64,000 nucleotides of DNA from a virus (Duplodnaviria > Caudoviricetes): positions 2,752-66,751 of IMG/VR virus record IMGVR_UViG_2896003607_000008; one strand, 5' to 3'. A program made the position numbers and the translations under genes. The notes below the pieces were generated by a model. It saw only the letters and a program-made list of their open reading frames with translations. It was not told the origin of the DNA and ran no database searches. This document shows positions 53,800 through 62,714 of this stretch, in pieces; the stretch's first letter is position 1; the number at the start of each line of letters is the position of its first letter.

Positions 53800-55343
53800 T
53801 GCCCACCTCGACACGGTCTGGAGGAAGCGGAATGAGTGACGAGGTCAAAGCGACTCCTGCCCAAGGAAAGCGCCAGATGGATGGCGACAAAGACGCCTTG
53901 GTCCAGTTGATACATAAGCACGTCGGTATCCGGCAGCGGATTAATGTCGATCTCACCGGCGTCGAAGAAGCTGCGGACGCGATCCTGGACCACATCCAGT
54001 CTCCGGCAGAACGTGACCTTGCGGGACCTAATCTCACAGCGGCGCACGCAACAGACGTTGCGCATGCAGCAGCCGAAGAGATTGAGCGCCTCAGCGCGGA
54101 GGTTGCTGAATGGAAGCAAGCCGCAGCGACGGAAGCAAGCCTACGGCGCCATGAGGTTGCATCTGTCGAGCAACTGAAAGCCCGCATCGCCCTCCTCGAA
54201 GGAGCCGCTCCACCGCCCGCGAGCCTCTACGGCGAACACACGCCCATCACGGTCGATTCGTGCACAGAAGTTGAGAGCACTCTGCACAAGTGGCTTAGCG
54301 ATTACATGGAGACTGTCCCGGCACTGGGGAAGATCTCCAAGGCTGTGACGCAGTCAGTGCTGCGACATCAGGCATTGAGCCAGCTTAGCACCGGCGCAGC
54401 AAGGAAGATCGCGAACGCGCTCAACCATGCCCGCAACCACTTCGAGGTGGTGATCAGCAGGCTCATCGACAATGAGGAGCCTGGCAGCGAGCTTACAGAG
54501 GCTCACATCGGCGAACAGATGATGGTGATTGCTCTTGAGGCCCTCCAGGAAGATCAGGTGCTACCGCCACCGGACTACGATGTTCTGATCAGATCCTGCC
54601 TTGCTGAGGCATCGTATCTCGCGAGGTTGCATTCACATCATTCTCTATGGCGCGGAATCATTGAGCCGGGCTGGGATGAGCGGATCGGCACTTTCGGTGT
54701 TCTGCTCGCTCGCCGCATTTCTGATGAAGTTGCGCGGATCGATCGCGCCAGCATCACGAAGCGAGCGCATCTCGTTGCCGAGGCAGATGCCAGGCAACGT
54801 GGCTTCGTCTCGCTTCCATCGCCTGGCGATAGGCTCGTCGATCGAAGCGTCATCACGGCGCCGGCGGCGATCGCCGTCCGACTTGGGAAAACGATCGTTA
54901 ACAACTGGACCGGGGGCGCCACGCTCCAGGCTTGGCCTGATGGCGATGCAGTGGTCGTCTATGCGCGGGATGCGGCGGGAAACGCCGTCCAACTAAGCTT
55001 GCAAGATTGGGAGGCGAAGCGCCTGGCGTGGGGAGTGTCCACGTTCCCGCAGCAGCTGCACGAACAAGCACGAGCGGCCAATCAGGCCCTGTTTCAACTG
55101 AGTTACCCGGACGCGCGCGCCGACGAGCTTCGACAGATCGCCGATGAGATTGACTGCGGCGGCGGGTGCGACGGCTGCGGACCGACAAAATTGGACCGTG
55201 GAGAGTTCTGCAGCTTCGTCGCCGCCACCAACCTGCGTGACCTTGCCGCGGCGCTTGATCTCAAAGCTTCGATTGCCCAATCCACGCCGCCGGCCCCGCC
55301 GACCGACGCGGCCATTACCAAGATTGTCGGGGGGCTCGGATGA
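53796..55343 (+). CDS. Mosaic hypothetical protein (Ead/Ea22-like coiled coil plus C-terminal Cys cluster)
   Basis: AAEEIERL...QLKARIALLE; CGGGCDGC...C. Confidence 0.6.
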   Translation: MMPTSTRSGGSGMSDEVKATPAQGKRQMDGDKDALVQLIHKHVGIRQRINVDLTGVEEAADAILDHIQSPAERDLAGPNLTAAHATDVAHAAAEEIERLSAEVAEWKQAAATEASLRRHEVASVEQLKARIALLEGAAPPPASLYGEHTPITVDSCTEVESTLHKWLSDYMETVPALGKISKAVTQSVLRHQALSQLSTGAARKIANALNHARNHFEVVISRLIDNEEPGSELTEAHIGEQMMVIALEALQEDQVLPPPDYDVLIRSCLAEASYLARLHSHHSLWRGIIEPGWDERIGTFGVLLARRISDEVARIDRASITKRAHLVAEADARQRGFVSLPSPGDRLVDRSVITAPAAIAVRLGKTIVNNWTGGATLQAWPDGDAVVVYARDAAGNAVQLSLQDWEAKRLAWGVSTFPQQLHEQARAANQALFQLSYPDARADELRQIADEIDCGGGCDGCGPTKLDRGEFCSFVAATNLRDLAAALDLKASIAQSTPPAPPTDAAITKIVGGLG

Positions 55344-55444
55344 ACTCGATCAGGGAGATCTTCGCCGTATGCGTCGGCGTCGGCTGCTGCCTCGGAATCC
55401 TCGCGATCGCGATCGTCGACTATCCAGACGTTGGGGACAACTGA
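55340..55444 (+). CDS. 34-aa hydrophobic peptide
   Basis: Manual translation MNSIREIFAVCVGVGCCLGILAIAIVDYPDVGDN; start and stop both overlap neighbours. Confidence 0.45.
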   Translation: MNSIREIFAVCVGVGCCLGILAIAIVDYPDVGDN

Positions 55445-56124
55445 TGACCGACACGACGAAACCGCCGGCGCCCGCTTCGGCTGTTCCATGGCAACGCCCC
55501 GATCACGATCAAATCGCGCTCGCCACGATTGAGGCAATCGAGGCTTTGCCGCAGAGCGATCATCCGGCACAGCGCAAGGCGAAGGGGCAATGCTTGATCC
55601 TCGAGGCGTTGAACCGAGCCAGATTGCCGGCGCCCGGACCGCGCCCGATATTCGCCCCGGACGGGCGATATCTCGGCGAAATGCCGGAGATGGTCGCCTA
55701 CCCGAAGGGAGGCCATCCAGACGCCATCGCCCATTGGGATGCGATCCGCGCGAAGATGGCTGAGGCGCGGGAAAGTGGCGAGTCCCTCGCTGATTGGAAG
55801 GGGCCGGCCGCTCTCCCCGAACAGGCCGATCGGCAAATCGCGCGCCTTGAACGCGACATCGCGGAATGGCGCGCGATTAAGGCTGGAGCCGGCGCGGCCT
55901 CCCCGAGGATTCAGGGGCAGCAAATCGACGACACAAGCCTCAACCGTTTCAAGGTTACCCTCAGCGAACTGGTCGCCGCCCTGTCGCCGCTTCCAGTCGA
56001 GGCATTCCAAGCCGACACGAAACGTCTCGCCGCGGCCATCGGGGCTTTGCACCGAGCGAAGCTGCTTCTTGACGACCACGCCACTGCGACATCTCGGAAC
56101 TCTGCGGACGGGGATGTTGCATGA
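55444..56124 (+). CDS. Hypothetical protein
   Basis: Start MTDTTK coupled by TGATG. Confidence 0.6.
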   Translation: MTDTTKPPAPASAVPWQRPDHDQIALATIEAIEALPQSDHPAQRKAKGQCLILEALNRARLPAPGPRPIFAPDGRYLGEMPEMVAYPKGGHPDAIAHWDAIRAKMAEARESGESLADWKGPAALPEQADRQIARLERDIAEWRAIKAGAGAASPRIQGQQIDDTSLNRFKVTLSELVAALSPLPVEAFQADTKRLAAAIGALHRAKLLLDDHATATSRNSADGDVA

Positions 56125-56873
56125 CGAATGCCCCCCTCTTCGCCGGCATGGGCGGCCATCAAACGCCCCGCAAGACTCGCACCGACGAGTGGCTCACTCC
56201 GCCGGCGGTGATGAACGCGCTCGGCGAATTTGATCTCGACCCGTGCGCGCCCGTTATCCGTCCGTGGCCGACGGCCCGGCATCACTACACGATCCAGGAC
56301 AATGGGCTGCTTCGCCGCTGGTTCGGCCGCGTCTTTCTCAATCCGCCTTACCTCACCTCGGTGATCGGCCGTTGGCTCGGCCGGATGGCGGACCATAACC
56401 GCGGCATCGCGCTGATCTTCGCGCGCACAGAGACGCGCGCCTTTCATCGTTTCGTCTGGCAACGAGCATCGGCCCTGCTCTTCTTGCGCGGCCGGCTCGA
56501 CTTCTGCGGCGTCGACGGCAATCCGCTGCCGCGGCCATCTGGATCGTCGTCGAACGCCGGCGCGCCGTCGGTGCTCTGCGCATACGGCGAAGCCGACGCC
56601 GAGGTGCTGGCCTTCTGCGGTCTCGAAGGCCAGTTCGTGGCATTGCGGATCTCGAGGTCGATTGTCGTCGCCGCGCTCGAGCAGACTTGGCTTCAGGTCG
56701 TGGCGGACTGGATGCGGGAGCAGCACGGCCCCGTCGAGCTCGCCGAGATCTATCGCGCCTTCGCGACCCACCAGAAGGCGACCCGCAATCCGAACTATCG
56801 CGCAAAGATCCGGCAGGTGCTGCAGCTAGGCGCCGGCCGGCGGGTGGCGCGCGGACAATGGAGCGCGGCGTGA
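56121..56873 (+). CDS. Phage DNA N6-adenine methyltransferase (phage Dam family) with C-terminal wHTH-like extension
   Basis: DEWLTP, FDLDPCA, DNGL, VFLNPPY, ARTET. Confidence 0.88.
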   Translation: MTNAPLFAGMGGHQTPRKTRTDEWLTPPAVMNALGEFDLDPCAPVIRPWPTARHHYTIQDNGLLRRWFGRVFLNPPYLTSVIGRWLGRMADHNRGIALIFARTETRAFHRFVWQRASALLFLRGRLDFCGVDGNPLPRPSGSSSNAGAPSVLCAYGEADAEVLAFCGLEGQFVALRISRSIVVAALEQTWLQVVADWMREQHGPVELAEIYRAFATHQKATRNPNYRAKIRQVLQLGAGRRVARGQWSAA

Positions 56874-57085
56874 GTGCAAGAGCGAAAGCCGTCACGGGGG
56901 CGACAATCCCCGATCGTTGGATGGCAGATATCAACTACGTTGGCGGCGAGACGAGGATTGTGGTTTTCGAAGAGTTGGAAGACCTCGATGAAATCGTCGA
57001 GCGCGGACCAGATTGGAACACGATCGAAGAGATCGTCATCCGGCTGAACCGCCCGTCATGCCTTCCCAACAAGAGCGCGAGTTGA
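56870..57085 (+). CDS. Small conserved hypothetical protein
   Basis: GTGA overlap; FEELEDL..IVERGPDWNTI..I.I.LNR. Confidence 0.6.
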   Translation: MSARAKAVTGATIPDRWMADINYVGGETRIVVFEELEDLDEIVERGPDWNTIEEIVIRLNRPSCLPNKSAS

Positions 57086-57141
57086 GCGAATGACCGTCTC
57101 GTGCGCGCCGTTCATCGCTAGCGCAACATAGGGAGAGCAGC

Positions 57142-57399
57142 ATGGGACTAATGAGACGCGCACTTGATTGTCTCAGAGGTGCTGATCCGACAAATTGCGC
57201 CCAGACTTCCACCACTCCAGAGACTTTAGATCGGCGCAGTAAGTACCAACTCGGCGATGTCGTTCAGCCCGGCATCTGCCTAATGATCACCCAGGATCAG
57301 TGCGTCGTGGCCGATCGTGGCGTGGTCATTTGGGTCGGAAACAGAGAGAGATTTTCTGATCTCGTTCGCAGAGCAGCACGAAGGGAAGATGCGCAATGA
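57142..57399 (+). CDS. Hypothetical protein
   Basis: GGAG RBS, ATGA overlap with next gene. Confidence 0.5.
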   Translation: MGLMRRALDCLRGADPTNCAQTSTTPETLDRRSKYQLGDVVQPGICLMITQDQCVVADRGVVIWVGNRERFSDLVRRAARREDAQ

Positions 57400-58346
57400 T
57401 CATCCGTCCTTGCGACCTCGAGACCACCGGGAAAGATACCTCCACTGCCGAGGTGGTAGAGGTAGCCTGCTGTGATATCGACATGCGGTTCCTGCCGCTG
57501 TCCGTTGTCAGCCCTGGCCGCAGCACGCTCGTCAAACCGGCGCAGCCAATACCTGCATCAGCCAGCGCTGTTCACCACATCACGAACGCTGACGTCAAGA
57601 ACGCGCCTGCGTGGGTTGATGCTTGGCCGATCCTGCTCGATAGCGATGGCTCTCTGGGCGACGTTATCTTCGCTGCCCACGTCGCGTCCTATGAACAGCA
57701 CTGGATTGGACGTGTACTCAAGGCAGCTCGCTGGATCTGCACATGGAAATGCGCGCTACGGCAGTGGCCAGGGTTGGACTCATATTCGCTTCAGGCTTTG
57801 CGCTACGAGCTCCGATTGCAGGTGGATCCCGAAAGAGCTTCGCCTCCACACCGCGCCCTGCCAGACTCTTATGTCTGCGGCTTACTGCTGATCGAATTGC
57901 TCGGCCATCAAACGGTCGAGACGCTCCTATCCTGGAGCGCCGAGCCGGCGGTCTTCCACACGTTCGACTTTGGCCAATTCAAGGGGAAGCCCTGGTCTGC
58001 TGCAGATGACGGCTATCTCGACTGGATCGCCAACAAGGAGCACACGCTCGGCGAGGATTGGCGCTGGAATGCGCGGCGGGAGATCAATCGGCGCGCCGCC
58101 GGGAAAGAGGCCGTGGCCGCGGCCGCTCGCCGGGAGTTCGTCAGTCGGGCAACGTCGGCGCTGGCGCGCGCCGCCACCGTTCGGGATCTCGAGAACTGGT
58201 ATCACGGCCAGAGCAGCGCGATGGCGGAGATCGGCATCGTCGTGACGACTGACGAATACGACGAAATCATTCGCGCCTGCGCGGCGCGGAAGGCCGAGCT
58301 TCTGGCCGGCGGCGGACCCGACTTCGGCGAGGCTCCGGTCTCATGA
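57396..58346 (+). CDS. DEDDh 3'-5' exonuclease (ExoX-like)
   Basis: DLETTG, SAVHHIT, AH.A.YE, WICTWKCA, HRALPD, FG.FKG.PW....GYL.W. Confidence 0.88.
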   Translation: MIIRPCDLETTGKDTSTAEVVEVACCDIDMRFLPLSVVSPGRSTLVKPAQPIPASASAVHHITNADVKNAPAWVDAWPILLDSDGSLGDVIFAAHVASYEQHWIGRVLKAARWICTWKCALRQWPGLDSYSLQALRYELRLQVDPERASPPHRALPDSYVCGLLLIELLGHQTVETLLSWSAEPAVFHTFDFGQFKGKPWSAADDGYLDWIANKEHTLGEDWRWNARREINRRAAGKEAVAAAARREFVSRATSALARAATVRDLENWYHGQSSAMAEIGIVVTTDEYDEIIRACAARKAELLAGGGPDFGEAPVS

Positions 58347-58960
58347 AGATGCCTCGACAAGCAGACCTTCCGCTCTACGATGTCCCGGCGGCGACGCATG
58401 ATCCAGGAGGCAAGGTCCGTATCCGGCTGCAGGAGAACGTTTACGGGACAGCCTTCTTCCATGGCCCTGGCGATTGCTACCGCACCTGGCTGACGCGCGT
58501 CTGGGGGCGCCGCAAGCCCGCTGCGGGGGAGCCTCCGGACAACTACATCCTCTGGATCGGCCTCAACCCTTCAACGGCAGATGCCAGTTTCAACGATCCG
58601 ACCATTGAGCGCGAGATCGACTTCTCGATGTCGTGGGACGCCGACGCGCTCGTGAAGGTGAACATCTGCGACTACCGGGCGACGAAGCCGCAGATGCTGC
58701 TGCAAGAAGGCGTGGTCCCGCGCAGCAAGACGAATCTGCCGATGATCCGAGACTTCGCGAAGCGGGCCGATCGCATCGTCTGCGCGTGGGGTGCGCCGCA
58801 TCGCAATCTGAAGACCTTCGCCCTCGACGTCGAGGAAGCGCTCCGGGCCGACGGGCACGATCTCTGGTGCCTCGGTCTCACGAAACATGGCGGGCCGCGG
58901 CACCCGCTCTATGTCCCCGGCGGGACGCCGCTGATCCGCTTTAAGGAGATCCCATTGTGA
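58343..58960 (+). CDS. DUF1643 family protein
   Basis: YR.WLTR.W, WIGLNPSTAD...DPTI.R, VCAWG, CLG.TK.G.PRHPLY. Confidence 0.9.
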   Translation: MKMPRQADLPLYDVPAATHDPGGKVRIRLQENVYGTAFFHGPGDCYRTWLTRVWGRRKPAAGEPPDNYILWIGLNPSTADASFNDPTIEREIDFSMSWDADALVKVNICDYRATKPQMLLQEGVVPRSKTNLPMIRDFAKRADRIVCAWGAPHRNLKTFALDVEEALRADGHDLWCLGLTKHGGPRHPLYVPGGTPLIRFKEIPL

Positions 58961-60684
58961 AGCCCGCAATCCCCCCGCAGGTGCTGACCCAGCACGTCGC
59001 CTTCCTCGGCAAAACCGGAAGCGGCAAGACCTCGACCGCCAAACTCGCAATCGAGCAGATCGTCCGCGACGATGCAGGGTCTCGAGTCTGTGTGCTCGAC
59101 ACCGTGAAATCGGATTGGTGGGGGCTGACGTCGAGCGCCGACGGTCGCCGGCCAGGTCTGCCCTTCTACATTCTGGGCGGCCCCCGCGGTCATGTCCCGC
59201 TGCACGACTCCGCCGGCAAGGCGATCGGCGAGCTGGTGGCAACGGGCGCGCTCCCGCTCTCGATCATCGACATGGCGGACTTCGCGCCAGGCGGCGTCCA
59301 GAAGTTCTTCAACGAATTTGCCCCAGTGCTGCTGCGGAAGATGCGCGGCGTCCTGCATCTGGTCATCGAGGAGGCGCACGAGATCGCGCCGAAAGAGCGC
59401 GCCGGCTTCAGCGCCGAGAACATGGCGATCCACTGGGCGAAGAAGCTGGCCACCGCCGGCCGCTCAAAGGGCCTCCGCATCATGGTTCTGACCCAGCGGA
59501 CGCAGGCTCTGCACAACGCGGTGCTCGGCAGCTGCGACACCATCATTGCACATCGCCTCACCGCGCCGGCCGACCAGGGCCCGGTCAAGCAGTGGCTGAA
59601 GGCGAACGTCAGCAAGTCGGTGTTCGGACAGGTCTCCGACTCGTTGGCCTCACTCAAGACCGGCACCGGCTGGATCTGCTCCGGCGAGGCACAGGTGGCG
59701 GAGCTCGTTCAATTCCCGAAGATCGCCACCTTCGACAATTCGGCGACGCCGACAGGCGACGCCGCCGCCCGCGAGATCAAGACGGCGCCGGTCGACGCGG
59801 AAAAACTGCGCGTGATCATCGGCGATGCGGTGAAAGAAGCGGACGCCAACGATCCCGATAAGCTGCGCGCGCAGATCGCGACTCTTGCCGCGGCGAAGGC
59901 CAACCTCGAGAGCAAGGTGCACGCTGCCGTGCAAGCTGCACCGGATACTGCAGCGATCGCCGCGGCGGAGCGGCGGGGCTTCGAGCGCGGCCAGACGATG
60001 GGGCTCAAAGCCGGCTTCGGCAGAGCAATGGTCGCGGTGCAATCGGCAATCGCCGGCATCGAGGAGGACATCGAGCAGATCCCCTACAGCATCATCACTT
60101 CGGGCTCGCCAACGGCTTCGGCAAACGCCGTGGCCCCCCCGAAGCGTGCGACGGCGTCCGCGTCGCTGGCTGCACGCACACCATCGCCGGCGGCGAGCGG
60201 CGATGGCGCCATTCCCAATCTCAGGGCGGAGAAGCGTCCGCTGGCGGCGTTGGCGGCCGTCTTTCCGGCTGGCATGACCGAGGCGCAATGGGCGGTTGCC
60301 GCCGAGCTGAAGCGCTCCGGGGGCACATGGGCCACCTATCTCTCGCGGCTGCGCACCGCGATGTGCATCGAGAAACGCGGCAACGAATACTTCGCCACGC
60401 CGATAGGCATCTCAGCCGCCGGTGAAAGCGTCACCCCTATGCCGCCGCCGGGACCAGACCTCGTCGCGTTCTGGAAATCGAAGATCGGTGGCGTCGGACC
60501 GATGCTCGACGCTTTGGCAGAGCGCTATCCGCGATGGACTACACGAGCCGACTTGGCTGAGGCGATAGGGCTGGCCGTCACCGGCGGCACCTTTGCCACA
60601 TACGTCTCCCGCCTAAAATCGCCGGGGCTCATCGAAACGGACGGCAATCAGATCCGGTGCGCGCCGGCGCTCATGGGGCACTAG
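58957..60684 (+). CDS. HerA/DUF87-like ATPase with two C-terminal wHTH repeats
   Basis: GKTGSGKT, LVIEEAH, GRSKG, TQR; repeated GGT(W/F)ATY.SRL. Confidence 0.85.
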   Translation: MKPAIPPQVLTQHVAFLGKTGSGKTSTAKLAIEQIVRDDAGSRVCVLDTVKSDWWGLTSSADGRRPGLPFYILGGPRGHVPLHDSAGKAIGELVATGALPLSIIDMADFAPGGVQKFFNEFAPVLLRKMRGVLHLVIEEAHEIAPKERAGFSAENMAIHWAKKLATAGRSKGLRIMVLTQRTQALHNAVLGSCDTIIAHRLTAPADQGPVKQWLKANVSKSVFGQVSDSLASLKTGTGWICSGEAQVAELVQFPKIATFDNSATPTGDAAAREIKTAPVDAEKLRVIIGDAVKEADANDPDKLRAQIATLAAAKANLESKVHAAVQAAPDTAAIAAAERRGFERGQTMGLKAGFGRAMVAVQSAIAGIEEDIEQIPYSIITSGSPTASANAVAPPKRATASASLAARTPSPAASGDGAIPNLRAEKRPLAALAAVFPAGMTEAQWAVAAELKRSGGTWATYLSRLRTAMCIEKRGNEYFATPIGISAAGESVTPMPPPGPDLVAFWKSKIGGVGPMLDALAERYPRWTTRADLAEAIGLAVTGGTFATYVSRLKSPGLIETDGNQIRCAPALMGH

Positions 60685-60708
60685 CTGCTCGATCCGAGCA
60701 GCGCAAAT

Positions 60709-60758
60709 TGAAAGTTGCCCTTTCCGATCTTGCCTTGAATTGAAAGCTGTGCTTTCAT
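60709..60758 (+). promoter_or_regulatory. Two operator copies with promoter for the integrase-proximal operon
   Basis: TGAAAGTTGCCCTTTCC (60709), TGAAAGCTGTGCTTTCA (60741); TTGCCT-N17-TTTCAT; hairpin at 60684-60702 upstream. Confidence 0.75.
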
Positions 60759-60790
60759 CTGCCCGTCAAATATGGACTGGGAGCGGATGA

Positions 60791-61216
60791 ATGTCGGAAA
60801 CGACCGTTGCTGCGATTGGCGGTGCTCTACTGACTCGATGCGCTCCGACGCGCGCGCTCACCATCCTCAACCTTTCCGGCGATGTCACGATCGTCTGGGA
60901 GCCGGAAAACGACGAGAAAATGCTCCCGCTCATCGAGGCGAAGATGAAGCAGGGCTTCACCTTCTTCTTGATCGAGCCACGGCTCGGCGGCCTGGCGCCA
61001 CCTGACACCAGCAAGCCTCTTGAGAATGCTGCGGATGCGCTGAAGCACCGCGCCCTGGCAATCCGCGACGGAGACTTTGAGGCGCTTGTGTCGGCCGGCG
61101 GCGCCGCGCTGGTGCCGACGCCATCAAAGCCGGCGCGAACGGTGCGCAAGGCGAAAACCCCAGCAGACGTCGTAAAGGCGGAGTCGGTTGCCGTGCAGCC
61201 GATGCGTGGTGGCTGA
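60791..61216 (+). CDS. Hypothetical protein ending in Gly-Gly
   Basis: 141 aa, ...GDVTIVW...KQGFTFF...QPMRGG-stop; GGAG RBS. Confidence 0.75.
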   Translation: MSETTVAAIGGALLTRCAPTRALTILNLSGDVTIVWEPENDEKMLPLIEAKMKQGFTFFLIEPRLGGLAPPDTSKPLENAADALKHRALAIRDGDFEALVSAGGAALVPTPSKPARTVRKAKTPADVVKAESVAVQPMRGG

Positions 61217-62496
61217 TGCTCTACCAGCGATCTCCCTTGCCGGGACGGCACGAATACTTCCTCGACGGCGCGCTCGAAGCCGATGAGATCAATTCGTTAG
61301 CCCACGCGGCGCTTACCCTGCTCGGCGATCGCCAGACGATCAGCGAGATCGTGGATGTCCCTGGCGCCGGTCTGCGGCCGCTGAGGGAGAGATGGGCAAT
61401 TTGCGACCGACTGGACGCATACGCGCATCAACTCGTCGGAGATCTCACGCGTGAAGAGCAGCAATCGTTCGCTGCGTTTGGCCTTCTCCGCGAGCCGCAC
61501 AAACTGCTCGGCCTCGCCGAGGTGCTCGCAAATTTCAACTTTGAGGACGAAACCCGTGGCGGCGCGCTGCAGCCCTACCGCCGCTGGATCCGCTGCAAGC
61601 CCGACTACAGCCCCACGCCACGGGCACGGCGGCGGCTTTATGCGCCGGCGGCGATCAGACGCTACGTCCGCCTAGAGGAACAGTCTGTCCCGCGCGCGTG
61701 CGCATTGGCGGCCGGGTTGCGGCGGCTCCCGGCGGCCGGGCCGGCAGACGCCCACCTCGTTTCAGCCCTGCTCCACGAGCAGCGCGAGCAGCACCGCGAT
61801 GCGTATCTCGAGGAGCGGCTCAGCTTTGAGAACGAGCAGCGGGGGCGATGGCATTCGTTGCTCACCGGCGGGCGCGGCATCGGCCGGCAGGATCGCAAGG
61901 CAGTTCAGCGTGCCGCGCGCTTCGCAGCCGGGGTGGTCGGAGCCGACCAGGTCAGCACGTTCGCGCGCGGCGGCGCGGTGCGGCTCTGCGGCCGAGAGAT
62001 TGACCTCCAGGTGGCACGAAGCCGTTCGATCGCGTCCGTCGGTCATGGTGCGCTGAACGTCCAGGTGCTCGATCCCAAGGGCACCCGCCTGGCCAATCTT
62101 TGCGTGTACTTCGAAAAAACGCCGGCGATCGATCAGCTTGCAGCGATCGCGCTACACGTCCAGGCCGGCTCCGAAATGGAGATCATACAGACCGGGAATC
62201 TCTTCGACGTCACGGCCGATGGCGCAAATCACCCGTTGACGGCTGGGAAGTTGGCCACGCGCTCAGCGGACGATCGCGCAATAGTCGATGTGGAGGCTGC
62301 TGCACGATGGCACCGAGCCACTGACCATGAGCGGAGATGGATCGCGCTGGAGACCTATTGGAACCAGACTTCGCCGATCTACTACGACGCGGTCGAGGCG
62401 CAGGTCTGGGGGCGCGACGCGCGGCGGCTAATTCCATTCAAGGAATCCTTGAAGGGCGTCGGCAGGTTCGCGACGACGGGAGGCTTCAGACAGTGA
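61216..62496 (+). CDS. Hypothetical protein coupled to the Gly-Gly protein
   Basis: TGATG coupling; 426 aa. Confidence 0.75.
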   Translation: MLYQRSPLPGRHEYFLDGALEADEINSLAHAALTLLGDRQTISEIVDVPGAGLRPLRERWAICDRLDAYAHQLVGDLTREEQQSFAAFGLLREPHKLLGLAEVLANFNFEDETRGGALQPYRRWIRCKPDYSPTPRARRRLYAPAAIRRYVRLEEQSVPRACALAAGLRRLPAAGPADAHLVSALLHEQREQHRDAYLEERLSFENEQRGRWHSLLTGGRGIGRQDRKAVQRAARFAAGVVGADQVSTFARGGAVRLCGREIDLQVARSRSIASVGHGALNVQVLDPKGTRLANLCVYFEKTPAIDQLAAIALHVQAGSEMEIIQTGNLFDVTADGANHPLTAGKLATRSADDRAIVDVEAAARWHRATDHERRWIALETYWNQTSPIYYDAVEAQVWGRDARRLIPFKESLKGVGRFATTGGFRQ

Positions 62497-62714
62497 GAGC
62501 GACCGACCGGCAGGATGTGACCGAGGAGCGCATTGAGCGCGGTTTGGTGCTGCTCGCGCACGTCATCGAGATCGATGGAGAAGCCTACGTGCCGCTGTTC
62601 GATCGCCTCGAGGAGGAGCTTCGAGCGCGGCGCCGCCGCCGGGACAGCATGAGCCGAGCTCGTCAGATCGTCGAGAGCTACACGCTTGGTGGCGGGGTGA
62701 AGGCAATCCGCTGA
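62493..62714 (+). CDS. Small protein convergent on and overlapping the integrase 3' end
   Basis: GTGA overlap, GGAGG RBS; 73 aa. Confidence 0.6.
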   Translation: MRATDRQDVTEERIERGLVLLAHVIEIDGEAYVPLFDRLEEELRARRRRRDSMSRARQIVESYTLGGGVKAIR

